Source: a plasmid
DNA: 64,000 bases
Sequence record: NZ_CP027239.1
Direction: 5' to 3' (one strand)
Each line of letters opens with the position of its first letter. The first letter of the stretch is position 1. This document shows, in pieces, positions 28,628 through 36,979 of the stretch. Position numbers and translations under genes: made by a program. A model generated the notes under the pieces. The model worked only from the letters and a program-made list of their open reading frames with translations, was not told the origin of the DNA and did not search any database.

Positions 28628-29671
28628 ATGACCGCCCCAGCGCACAACAGTGACGTCACCCCGATCACCGCCATCACCGCGGACCAGCTAGACACCCTCG
28701 ACCCGAACCTGCTCACCCCGCCCCTGGTGACCAGCGACGGACACCACGACGAGATCGGCGCCGCCCACGGCCGAGTACTGCCGATGATCGGCCGGTGGCG
28801 GCCGTACGTGGTGGACGTCAACGCCACCAAGCTCGCAGGCAAGGGCACCCGCATCTACGCCGACACCGCCGACGACGCCGTGGCGATGCTCGTCGGCGGC
28901 GACGCGCCCGCGGCGATCGCCGAGCTGCGCGCAGCCAGAGACGACCTCGGCGTGGACCCCGCTCCCGAACCGCCACCGACCAGGGACGAGTTGCTCCTGA
29001 TCGGCGCGGACGATGCCGACGACGAGGCCCTCGCGTTCGTCGAAGAGCTCGACCCTCAAACCCAGCAGGCCTACGACGAGTACCGGGCTCGGCGTGACCG
29101 GCTGGAGGCGGCGCAGATGCGGGTCGCTGCGCTGCTGACCGACCATGCGACCGGGGTGCGGATACGGCTGCAGCAGCAGCTCAACGCCGCCGCTGTCGAT
29201 GACGGCCGCTGGGAACGCCTGGACGAGGACGAACGCGACGAGCTGACTGCCTGCGCGGCCACGGGCGAGCAGGGGCGGCGCCCGTTCGGGATTCCGGAAA
29301 TGGTGCCGTTCTTCGACGAGGACGGCGAGGAGGCCGGCGAGGTCGCGCGGGGCGAGTGGCGGGCCGATGTGCCGCTGGTGTGTCTGCGCACTGACTACCT
29401 GCCGTTCACGGGCACGGCGTCGCCTCTGTCGGTGGTGACAGGGACCGCCCCCACAGGGGCGGAGTTCTGGGTGCCGGGCGATCCGAATCTGGTGTGGCTC
29501 AACCCCGCCGATCCCGCTGACTACCTGCAGTCACTTGCCGATGCCGGGCTGGTGGAGCTCACGGAGCGGCCGGTCGACCACGCCGTCGAGCTGATGCGTC
29601 CGTGGCTGAGGGAGAAGCGGCAGCGCGACCTTGAGCGGGCGCAGGCGGCAGCCGCCAGTCAGGGCGACTAA
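28628..29671 (+). CDS. Hypothetical acidic protein (347 aa)
   Basis: GAAAGGAC lies 8 nt before ATG 28628. Confidence 0.5.
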   Translation: MTAPAHNSDVTPITAITADQLDTLDPNLLTPPLVTSDGHHDEIGAAHGRVLPMIGRWRPYVVDVNATKLAGKGTRIYADTADDAVAMLVGGDAPAAIAELRAARDDLGVDPAPEPPPTRDELLLIGADDADDEALAFVEELDPQTQQAYDEYRARRDRLEAAQMRVAALLTDHATGVRIRLQQQLNAAAVDDGRWERLDEDERDELTACAATGEQGRRPFGIPEMVPFFDEDGEEAGEVARGEWRADVPLVCLRTDYLPFTGTASPLSVVTGTAPTGAEFWVPGDPNLVWLNPADPADYLQSLADAGLVELTERPVDHAVELMRPWLREKRQRDLERAQAAAASQGD

Positions 29672-29697
29672 GCCAGGGAGTCCAATGGGCGCGATCA

Positions 29698-29743
29698 GGG
29701 GCGGGCACTGCTTCGGCAGCGCCCGCCCCGTTGTCGTTTCGTC
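29698..29743. terminator. Intrinsic terminator (GGGGCGGGC .. GCCCGCCCC plus GTTGTCGTTTCGTC)
   Basis: 9-bp GC stem with inner CTGC/GCAG pairing, followed by a T-rich tract 25 nt after the stop. Confidence 0.55.
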
Positions 29744-29859
29744 ACGGCTTATTGCCTGCCGATCCGACCCCCGTCGTGGCCAGCGGCGACGGGTGTGGCC
29801 TGCATGAATGGCCGGACAGATTCGTTGACAGTGGGCCTTGCGTGCGGCATCGTCACAAG

Positions 29860-29879
29860 CATCGGAATCAAAACTGCAC
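29860..29879 (+). promoter_or_regulatory. Motif-1 copy (CATCGGAATCAAAACTGCAC), 15 nt upstream of the zinc-knuckle protein ATG
   Basis: Same motif-RBS-ATG layout as the copy at 13341. Confidence 0.55.
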
Positions 29880-29894
29880 GAAGGGAAAGTCCCC

Positions 29895-32540
29895 ATGGTG
29901 TGTCGGGAAAATAAGGGCCGTTCGGCGATGATCGGTCTGGCCAAGTCGTTCCAGCGGATGATGGGCCACCCAGTCGATCACGACGCGAATCTGCAGTCCA
30001 TGCAGCACCAGCTGCGCCACGAAGTCGAGGCCGCGGACTCCAAGTACTCCAGCTTCGACAGCTGGCCCCAGGAGGAGCAGGTCAAGGCGTGGAAGGAGCT
30101 GCGCGCACGGGTCGAGGAGCTGCCCGAGGGGACGATGAGTGCCGCCCGTCGGTACGGCGAGTCCAAGACCAATCCGGGCATCATCACCCGCATCGACCAG
30201 GAGATCGCGCGGCTGGGCTCGGGCAAGCACGAGAACGGTGCCCCACTCAAGGGGGTGCAGCGCAACACCGGCGCCGACATGGTCGCCTCGATGAAGATCG
30301 TCTCCGTCATGGAACGGCTCGTGCCGGCCCGCCGCAGCTTCCTGGAGAACCAGGCCCGCCGCCGCGGCGTGCCATACGCCGAAGTCGAGTCCGAGTGGCT
30401 GGAGAAGATCAACGAGAAGGGCAACTTCTCCAACATCAGCCTCACCGACGAGTACCGCGATTCCCTCGCGGTGTCCGGCGTCAACGCCCAGGATCAGGCC
30501 GACCTCGGCCAGTCCGGACGGGCCCGCGCCGCGATGGCCGCGATGGAGAAGAAGACCCAGGAATCACTGGCCGAGCACCGCAAGAAGTACGCGCCCCGGC
30601 CGGCGATCACCGACAAGCACGTCCTGGGCACCTACACCAAGCCGGGCGGCGAGGGCTCCGTGCGGTGTGCGGGCTGCGGCCAGTTCGGGCATGAGGAGAA
30701 GGCCTGCCCGAACACCGATCTGACCGAGACGCTGGACGCAGTGTCCGCGCAGTCCCAGATTCTCGACCGGCATCAGAGCGTGCTGGACCGCAAGGAGATG
30801 CTGGCCACCCGCAGCGAAGAAGAGATCCAGGCGGTGTTCGACGCTAAGGCGCCGGGCATGACCGTGGCCAAGTTCAAGGAGGCCGTCGCCCGGGACGAGA
30901 AAGAGCTGGGGGAGCCGCTGAAAAGTGCGGCAACGGTGCAGAAGATGCGCCGCAAGTTCGAGAAGGAAGGTGCAGCTGCCCTCGAGGAGCTCAAGTCCCG
31001 CGAGCCGAAGGTGTCCAACTGGGTGCAGTCGGTGGCCTACAACCCGAACAACGGCCTGCTGCAGGTGACGATGCACCCGAGCAAGTCGGGCAAGCAGTAC
31101 CCGCCCCGCTACTTCCGGGCCCGGCCCGAAGAGGTCGACGCCCTGATGGACCACCCGTCCATCGGCAAGGCCCTGCACGCCGGATTCTTGAGCAAGAACC
31201 AGGTCGCCGAGGGGCACGAGTTCGAGAACGCCGCCGACTTGGCTGAGGCCATGGAGGAGACCCGCTGCCCCACCTGTGGCCGGTGGGCGTCGCTGAACTC
31301 GAGCCACCAGTGCCCGGTCATCGGCGGCCCGTCGGAGGAGGTCGATCACCTCCGGGCCCGCAACGTCATGGCCTACCAGGCGATGGCCCGCACCGCCCGC
31401 GAGAACGGCGAGGTGATTCCCGCCAAGCCCCCGACGCTGGTGCAGTCGCTCAAGGGCGCCACCGATCACAGTGGCCTCCAGCATCCGAAGACCAAGGAAA
31501 CGATCGCTGGAGCACTGCGTTCTGGGTCGAAGCAGGAGGCATTGGCCGTCACCGAGGACGGCAACCGCATGTGGGACTCGGCCGTCTCGTTCAACGGCTC
31601 CGACGACGACTGGCACGTGTCGGGGCACGTGACGGTGTGGAAGGACCCGGAGACCGGAAACCGAGTGCTCGGCATCGACGGCCAGTCCGGCAACCCGGGA
31701 CTGCGGTGCCAGTGCGCGGAGTACCAGAAGACGCGCCGCTGCCCCCACGTTCGTGCCGTCGGGTATCGCCTGGCGAACAAGTACGAGGCCGTCCCAGCCG
31801 CGCGCTCTGCCCGCGCGGGCGAACCCCTGCGACTGCAGCAGCAGGGGCTCGCCAACGACGCAGCGTCACTCCCGCCGGAGCGGTTGAGCTACGAGACGAT
31901 GTCGGCCATGCGGGTCGACGCGATGCGGCAAACTCTCGAGGCCGCAGACACCCACGGTGTTGCCCGCCTGCCGGAGACCCTGTGGCCGAGCAAGGCCACC
32001 GACCTCGAGACGGGCGAGACCATCGACACGCCTGAGGCGTGGGACCGCCATCCCGATTTCAAGACCGCCAAGGCCAAGCCCGTCGACCTCGCCAACACCG
32101 GCCAGGTCGTCAGCCGGATCCGTCGACTGTCCCAATCCAAGACACAGCTCATCCCCGTCACTGAGCCGGTCCCCGGCGGGGGGACCCGCACCGTCCTCAA
32201 GAAGGAACGGGTGCAGTACTCGGTGCGGTCCGAGCCCGACGGCTCGATCGTGGTCAACGTGCCGCCTCAGGTGCTCAAGGACACCGGCAACACGGCGCAG
32301 GCCCGCGCCATGGAGCAGCACCTGATCAAGGTCATGGGACTGCCGGAGGGTCGCAGGATCATGCCCCACGGACTGCGCATCTCCCCGGACAAGTCGGCCA
32401 GGTACGCGGCGCTAGACGCCATCGCCGGCGACCCGCCCCGCATCTCCCCGGCCCGCATGTACGCCCCGCAGGACGGCTCGTTCGACGCCGCTCTGCACCG
32501 CGGACGGTCTGGCAACGACGCCCAGTTCGCTCCGGCCTGA
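29895..32540 (+). CDS. Large hypothetical protein (881 aa) with a CCHC zinc knuckle, a second CxxC..HxC motif and a SWIM-like CxC..CxH motif
   Basis: CAGCGQFGHEEKAC is a C-x2-C-x4-H-x4-C knuckle. CPTCGRWASLNSSHQCP and CQCAEYQKTRRCPHV are also present. Motif-1 ends 15 nt before ATG 29895. Confidence 0.6.
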   Translation: MVCRENKGRSAMIGLAKSFQRMMGHPVDHDANLQSMQHQLRHEVEAADSKYSSFDSWPQEEQVKAWKELRARVEELPEGTMSAARRYGESKTNPGIITRIDQEIARLGSGKHENGAPLKGVQRNTGADMVASMKIVSVMERLVPARRSFLENQARRRGVPYAEVESEWLEKINEKGNFSNISLTDEYRDSLAVSGVNAQDQADLGQSGRARAAMAAMEKKTQESLAEHRKKYAPRPAITDKHVLGTYTKPGGEGSVRCAGCGQFGHEEKACPNTDLTETLDAVSAQSQILDRHQSVLDRKEMLATRSEEEIQAVFDAKAPGMTVAKFKEAVARDEKELGEPLKSAATVQKMRRKFEKEGAAALEELKSREPKVSNWVQSVAYNPNNGLLQVTMHPSKSGKQYPPRYFRARPEEVDALMDHPSIGKALHAGFLSKNQVAEGHEFENAADLAEAMEETRCPTCGRWASLNSSHQCPVIGGPSEEVDHLRARNVMAYQAMARTARENGEVIPAKPPTLVQSLKGATDHSGLQHPKTKETIAGALRSGSKQEALAVTEDGNRMWDSAVSFNGSDDDWHVSGHVTVWKDPETGNRVLGIDGQSGNPGLRCQCAEYQKTRRCPHVRAVGYRLANKYEAVPAARSARAGEPLRLQQQGLANDAASLPPERLSYETMSAMRVDAMRQTLEAADTHGVARLPETLWPSKATDLETGETIDTPEAWDRHPDFKTAKAKPVDLANTGQVVSRIRRLSQSKTQLIPVTEPVPGGGTRTVLKKERVQYSVRSEPDGSIVVNVPPQVLKDTGNTAQARAMEQHLIKVMGLPEGRRIMPHGLRISPDKSARYAALDAIAGDPPRISPARMYAPQDGSFDAALHRGRSGNDAQFAPA

Positions 32541-32582
32541 CCGGCCACGCCCACGCCCGCCCCGTCCCGGTTTTCGGGGCGG

Positions 32583-32600
32583 GGCGGCGGCATGAGCAGC
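32583..32600 (+). promoter_or_regulatory. Motif-2 variant (GGCGGCGGCATGAGCAGC) upstream of gene 32644
   Basis: Follows a terminator-like hairpin with a TTTT loop at about 32555-32590. Confidence 0.4.
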
Positions 32601-32643
32601 ACCTACCATCAGCGACACCAATCGGACCCTCAGGGAGGCCCTC

Positions 32644-33714
32644 ATGCCCGCAGACAGCGCCGTCGACGACGCGATGAACGCCGTGCTCGGCACCTCGACA
32701 GCGACCGCCGCTCGACGCCCGGCCGCTGAGGTTGCTGAACCCGGCCAGGGGCCCTGCAGCAAGCCAGAGGCCGAAGAACTGGTGGAGCGGGCCATAGCCG
32801 CGGCGGAGACGTTCTACGACACTGTCGTCGAGATCATCCGCCGGCAGGCCTGGGTGCCGCTCGGCTACGCCAACCCGCGGGATCTGATGCTGCGCAGCTT
32901 GGGTGGCACTGCCGTCAACCCGTCGACCGGCAAGCCGTACAGCCGTTCCCACGTCCACCGCATGGCCCGCGTGTCGTGGATGCTGTGGGCCATCTCCGAG
33001 CGCACCGGTGTCGATCCGGGCGACCTGGAGATCCCGGAGCGCACCCTGCGTGAGCTCGGCGGCGGCATGAGCGCGGACCTCGAGCTCGTCGACACCATCA
33101 GCGACCGGGTGGCGGCGTCGATCGCCGACAAGAACGCCAGCCCCGATGATGTGCAGGACGTACTCAACTCGACCCTGTCCGAGGCTGCCGCGGAACGTGG
33201 CGGGGGAGAGAGCCGCAACGGCAGCGCCGCCACCAGCGGCGACGACGACGAGGACTTCGGCAGCCCGTCCCCTGAATCCAGGCCGGCAGGCGGTGCCGGC
33301 CTCGGCGATGCCGACGACGACTTCGACGACTCAGATCCCGACGAGGCAGACTCGGGCACCGCGGGCCCGTCCTCGCCGGCGCTCGATGCGTTCGGTTCGT
33401 TCGACGACGGCGACGACTTCGGCGACGAGGGCAGTGCACCGGTGATCAATGCCTCGGATGCGTTGTCGCAGATGCGCGCCAACGCCAACTACGTGCAGCA
33501 CCTGCAGGACATTCGGGAGATCGGCGGTCATCTGCCGGACGTGATCGCGGTGCAGAAGGAACTGCCGCAGTTCCTGGACATCGTCGACGACGACGAGCTC
33601 GACGAGCTCAAGCAGCTCCTACAGCAGACCCGCAACATCGTCGACCGTGCACAGAAGGCTAAGGAGGCCATCGACGCGGTGATCGCCACCGCCGACGAGC
33701 GGCTCGACTTCTAG
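32644..33714 (+). CDS. Hypothetical protein with an acidic low-complexity middle region (356 aa)
   Basis: GGGAGG before ATG 32644. A terminator-like hairpin and a motif-2 copy lie upstream. Confidence 0.55.
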   Translation: MPADSAVDDAMNAVLGTSTATAARRPAAEVAEPGQGPCSKPEAEELVERAIAAAETFYDTVVEIIRRQAWVPLGYANPRDLMLRSLGGTAVNPSTGKPYSRSHVHRMARVSWMLWAISERTGVDPGDLEIPERTLRELGGGMSADLELVDTISDRVAASIADKNASPDDVQDVLNSTLSEAAAERGGGESRNGSAATSGDDDEDFGSPSPESRPAGGAGLGDADDDFDDSDPDEADSGTAGPSSPALDAFGSFDDGDDFGDEGSAPVINASDALSQMRANANYVQHLQDIREIGGHLPDVIAVQKELPQFLDIVDDDELDELKQLLQQTRNIVDRAQKAKEAIDAVIATADERLDF

Positions 33715-34517
33715 GGCAGAGCGACGGCCGCTGCCCCGAAGTCGCCGCCAAGCACTGACGGGTCGGCGAGCGCGTAGTAGCTGAGCAGGAGCACCGCCCC
33801 AGTGCAGGCCGACAGCAGGATCCGGTCGGCCATCCCGTTCGCCCGGATCCGTAGGGGCGCGGGCGGGCCGAAGTCCCACCACCGTTTGCCGCCGATCGAC
33901 ACCACGCCACCGAGCAGCGGGACGCCCCGCTTGGTGATCATGTCGCCCAGCAGGTGGGTTAGGCAGCCGACGGCGACGGCGGCGCCGAGGGCTGCGCTGC
34001 CAGCGGAGGCAGGCAAGATCGCCCAGACCGCCAGCGCCAGCGCCAGCGATAATCCGGTGACGTACAACCAGTCCTGTTTCTTGGTCCACGTGGGTGCCAG
34101 TCCGCGGATGGCCAGGCCGAGCATGAAGAACAGCACGCCCACAGCTGCGGTTTTCCCGAAGCTGCCGACCAGGGCGGAGACGGCGCCACCTGCCAGCATG
34201 GCGAACCAGATGGTGTGTGTCGCCGTGCGGTGCCCGTTGTTGATCGGGTCGTCTTTGCGGGTCTTGGTCACGTTGTAGATCGCCTGGGAGGTGTTCTCCA
34301 CGACGTGTGCCGCGGTGGTGGAGACCAGGCCGAAAGATCGAGCGAGGGTGCCCTGCGGGGTGTCGAGGTCAGGCAGTAGTGCCGCGCCGGCGGTGACGCC
34401 GGCGAAGACGAACAGTTCGGCCGCGGATTCTGCTCCGCCCCAGTGGGCGGGCAGGAACGCGCCTAAGGCCAGTCCGGCGGCAGCTCCGCTCATTGCATGT
34501 GTCGGGCCCATGACCAT
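33711..34517 (-). CDS. Polytopic membrane protein resembling membrane-bound metal-dependent hydrolases (DUF457/YdjM-like, H-R-x-x-T-H)
   Basis: Motif GHRTATHTI. Five to six predicted TM helices. AAGGAG lies 7 nt before ATG 34517. Third gene of a three-gene minus-strand cluster. Confidence 0.55.
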   Translation of the reverse strand: MVMGPTHAMSGAAAGLALGAFLPAHWGGAESAAELFVFAGVTAGAALLPDLDTPQGTLARSFGLVSTTAAHVVENTSQAIYNVTKTRKDDPINNGHRTATHTIWFAMLAGGAVSALVGSFGKTAAVGVLFFMLGLAIRGLAPTWTKKQDWLYVTGLSLALALAVWAILPASAGSAALGAAVAVGCLTHLLGDMITKRGVPLLGGVVSIGGKRWWDFGPPAPLRIRANGMADRILLSACTGAVLLLSYYALADPSVLGGDFGAAAVALP

Positions 34518-34528
34518 TGGGGGGCTCC

Positions 34529-34765
34529 TTACTCGCCGATGGTGGGCGGGTTGTAGCTGCCGTTGTCAGGAATCTTGTCGACCAGGCTGGTCAGAGCGTC
34601 GATGGCCTTGGGCAGCAGCAGGATCGTGGTGTCGGCGGCGCCGCCGATGATCTTCTTGGCGGCGTCCACGATGGTGTCTTGCCCTTGGCTGAGATCGACC
34701 TCTGTGGCGCCCTGCAGTACTCCCCACAGGACGAGCGCCCCGATGATGCCGAAGATCCACTTCAT
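34529..34765 (-). CDS. Small membrane/exported protein (78 aa)
   Basis: N-terminal hydrophobic helix MKWIFGIIGALVLWGV. GAAAGG RBS. Confidence 0.45.
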   Translation of the reverse strand: MKWIFGIIGALVLWGVLQGATEVDLSQGQDTIVDAAKKIIGGAADTTILLLPKAIDALTSLVDKIPDNGSYNPPTIGE

Positions 34766-34783
34766 GTCGCTGGCCTTTCTGGG

Positions 34784-35116
34784 TCAGGGCGCCGGGATCG
34801 CGGGCTGCCCGGCGCCGGCCCCGGAGTCGAGCGGGTTGGGACGGTCTGGGGCGCCGGGGATGGGAACGAAGTCCTGATCGGTGGAGTCCAGGTCCGGGAT
34901 GTCGCCACCCAGGTCCGGCATGGGCAGGTTTGCCGGGTCGGGCAGCTTGTCTTCGACGGTGTCGCCACCGAAATCGACGGCAGATTCGACGTTGGCGTAG
35001 AACGTCGGCCACCACCCTTCGGAGAAGGGCTGCTTGCCGTCGGCCGCCCAGGTCAGAAATCCCCATCCGACGCCGGTGAGGACCAGGGCGAGGATCACTG
35101 TCGAGACGAGTCGCAC
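34784..35116 (-). CDS. Small membrane protein (110 aa) with a Pro/Asp-rich tail
   Basis: TM helix LVSTVILALVLTGVGWGFLTW. GGGAAAGGGG lies 8 nt before GTG 35116. Two motif-2 copies lie upstream. Confidence 0.45.
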   Translation of the reverse strand: MRLVSTVILALVLTGVGWGFLTWAADGKQPFSEGWWPTFYANVESAVDFGGDTVEDKLPDPANLPMPDLGGDIPDLDSTDQDFVPIPGAPDRPNPLDSGAGAGQPAIPAP

Positions 35117-35186
35117 CGGGGTGCCCCTTTCCCTACGCCCGTGGGCGTATCCGCTGTCTGTATCCGATGCCCTGATCCTCCCTCAT

Positions 35187-35251
35187 GGTCATGCCGGTGG
35201 CGCCTCGGCGCGTGACTCGCCTCCGGCATAGGCGTGTTGGTCATGCCGGTG
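35187..35251 (-). promoter_or_regulatory. Two motif-2 copies (CACCGGCATGACC on the minus strand) upstream of the three-gene membrane-protein cluster
   Basis: Reverse complements at 35187-35199 and 35239-35251. Confidence 0.4.
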
Positions 35252-35519
35252 TATCGCTGGCCTGCGGATCGCGGTCAGGGGGCTGGTGAGAGAATGGCCG
35301 CCTAGTACGAAGTCACCTGGAGGCCAGCGATCGTGGGGAAGACCAGGCGTAACGAGGCCTGCAGTCGGCGCCTAGCTGATCGGCTTTGGACGCCGGTGGG
35401 CTTGATCTGCGCCTTGGTTCTCGTGAGCGGCTGCGGGGCGGCTACCGAAGAGGTAGTCGTAACGAGCACAGTGACGTCCACCCAAACCGGGCTCCGCCTT
35501 GCCGCAGCAGCAGACTGTT

Positions 35520-35690
35520 TCCGGGCGTCCTGGCCCACGGGTGAAGAAGATCGTGCACTTGCGGATCCGCAAGCGCCTCGGCCCGGTCCAGCTCGCGGGC
35601 TGGTTGGAAATGGCGCCGTCAACCGTTCATGCGGCGCTCAAGCGCTGCCGGCGCATCACGCCCAAGCGCACACCCACCCGACAGCCGGAT
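35520..35690 (+). pseudogene. Remnant of an IS481-family transposase N-terminal HTH
   Basis: KIVHLRIRKRLGPVQLAGWLEMAPSTVHAALKRCR parallels RVIGLRVSRRWGPARIAYHLGMQPSTVHKILSRYG of the intact IS481 transposase at 58459. No DDE domain follows. Confidence 0.35.
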
Positions 35691-35765
35691 CTCAAACACG
35701 CTGGCTGGGCAGTGCACCTTACCCGGTGACCGTGCTGCGTTACGCCCCGCAGGCGCCGGGCATGC

Positions 35766-36312
35766 TCAGCGCCGCCGCGATACCTCGGCGGCCAGGGCCT
35801 CGTTCATCCGGTCGAACATAGGGAGAGTCGTCTCGCGGATCGAGCCGATCATCGGTGGCACCGCGATTCCGGAGAACCGTTCCTCCTGGTGCAGGACCAC
35901 CCGGCCGTCGCCGGCGGGCTCGATGGTGAACCAGTGCTCGCCGTCGAAGATCCCCGGCAGCATCACCGAACCCTTCCACCGCAGCTCCCGGCCGGGCTCC
36001 ACGGTGAGGACCGTCGGCGTGAAGGTCATGCTCCCGCCGTTGGTGTCGATCAGTTCGTTGGTCAACGTCCCGCCCTCGACCAGGTCGCCGGCGGAGGAGA
36101 CGATGAAGGGATTCCACCGCGGGTACGATTCGCGGTCGGCCAGTACGGCCCACACCTCGTCAGCAGTGGCCTCGATCTCCAGGGCCGAGCTCATCTCGTA
36201 GTCGCGGGACACCGCCCAGATCGAGTACGCGACGGCCGGAAGCAGCACCGCCGTGGCGGCGATGGCGGTGTAGCGCAGGATCGGGCGTCGGCGTCTGGCG
36301 GCCTTGGCCATG
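35766..36312 (-). CDS. SRPBCC-superfamily protein (polyketide cyclase/dehydrase-like, YPRWNPF motif)
   Basis: ADRESYPRWNPFIVS is typical of the SRPBCC ligand-binding fold. GGGAGA before ATG 36312. Confidence 0.65.
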
Positions 36313-36425
36313 GTCGTATCTCCCTCGGGTGTCGGTGCCGCCGGGCGGCGACGCGCCCCACGGTAACCGTGCGGACTCACCGCCGTCTTGCCGCCCACTT
36401 TCGGAAGGGCCCCCAAACCACGACG

Positions 36426-36947
36426 GTGACACCGGCCAACTGGCCTGATCACGATTGCCTAGCGCCAATCGTCGAGCACTTTGAGATCGACTGGGAAAGG
36501 AAGTTCGGTCCCGGGATTCCGCCAGTGCCGGAACCTGGCGAGTCGGCCGGCCATGCCTATTTTGCCAGCTACGCACCTACGAAGGCGACGGTTCGACTGT
36601 TGAATGTTTCCCCGAACAATATCTACGTTCGAGGCGTGTTCTTTCAGGTCTTCTGGAAGGATCCTGACAATGTTGTTCGCTCAAATATCTACCAAAGCAG
36701 CGTCCCTTTCGAGTCTCTCCCTTACGTAGACTTTGGCTTCATTCCGAAGCAGGTCTATGGAATGGGAAAGAGGCGTTCCCCGGAAATGCTCTACGGCCGA
36801 GACTCGATCGAGTTCTCCGTCGAATACCCGGGCGCCGGCGACGTGCGTGTCGCAGGCGCCAGCGAACCGTCTAGCTGGATCGACCCCGATGGCATCGACT
36901 GGTGGTTTGCCGACCCGGACGTTCGCCAACGATGCGGTCAGAGCTAG
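36426..36947 (+). CDS. Hypothetical protein encoded in a locally low-GC segment
   Basis: Protein-like translation with Y/F/N/K-rich composition unlike its neighbours. GTG 36426 is the first in-frame start after the SRPBCC gene. Weak RBS. Confidence 0.4.
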   Translation: MTPANWPDHDCLAPIVEHFEIDWERKFGPGIPPVPEPGESAGHAYFASYAPTKATVRLLNVSPNNIYVRGVFFQVFWKDPDNVVRSNIYQSSVPFESLPYVDFGFIPKQVYGMGKRRSPEMLYGRDSIEFSVEYPGAGDVRVAGASEPSSWIDPDGIDWWFADPDVRQRCGQS

Positions 36948-36979
36948 ACGCGCCCTGGGTCCAGCGGCGGACAGGGGAT

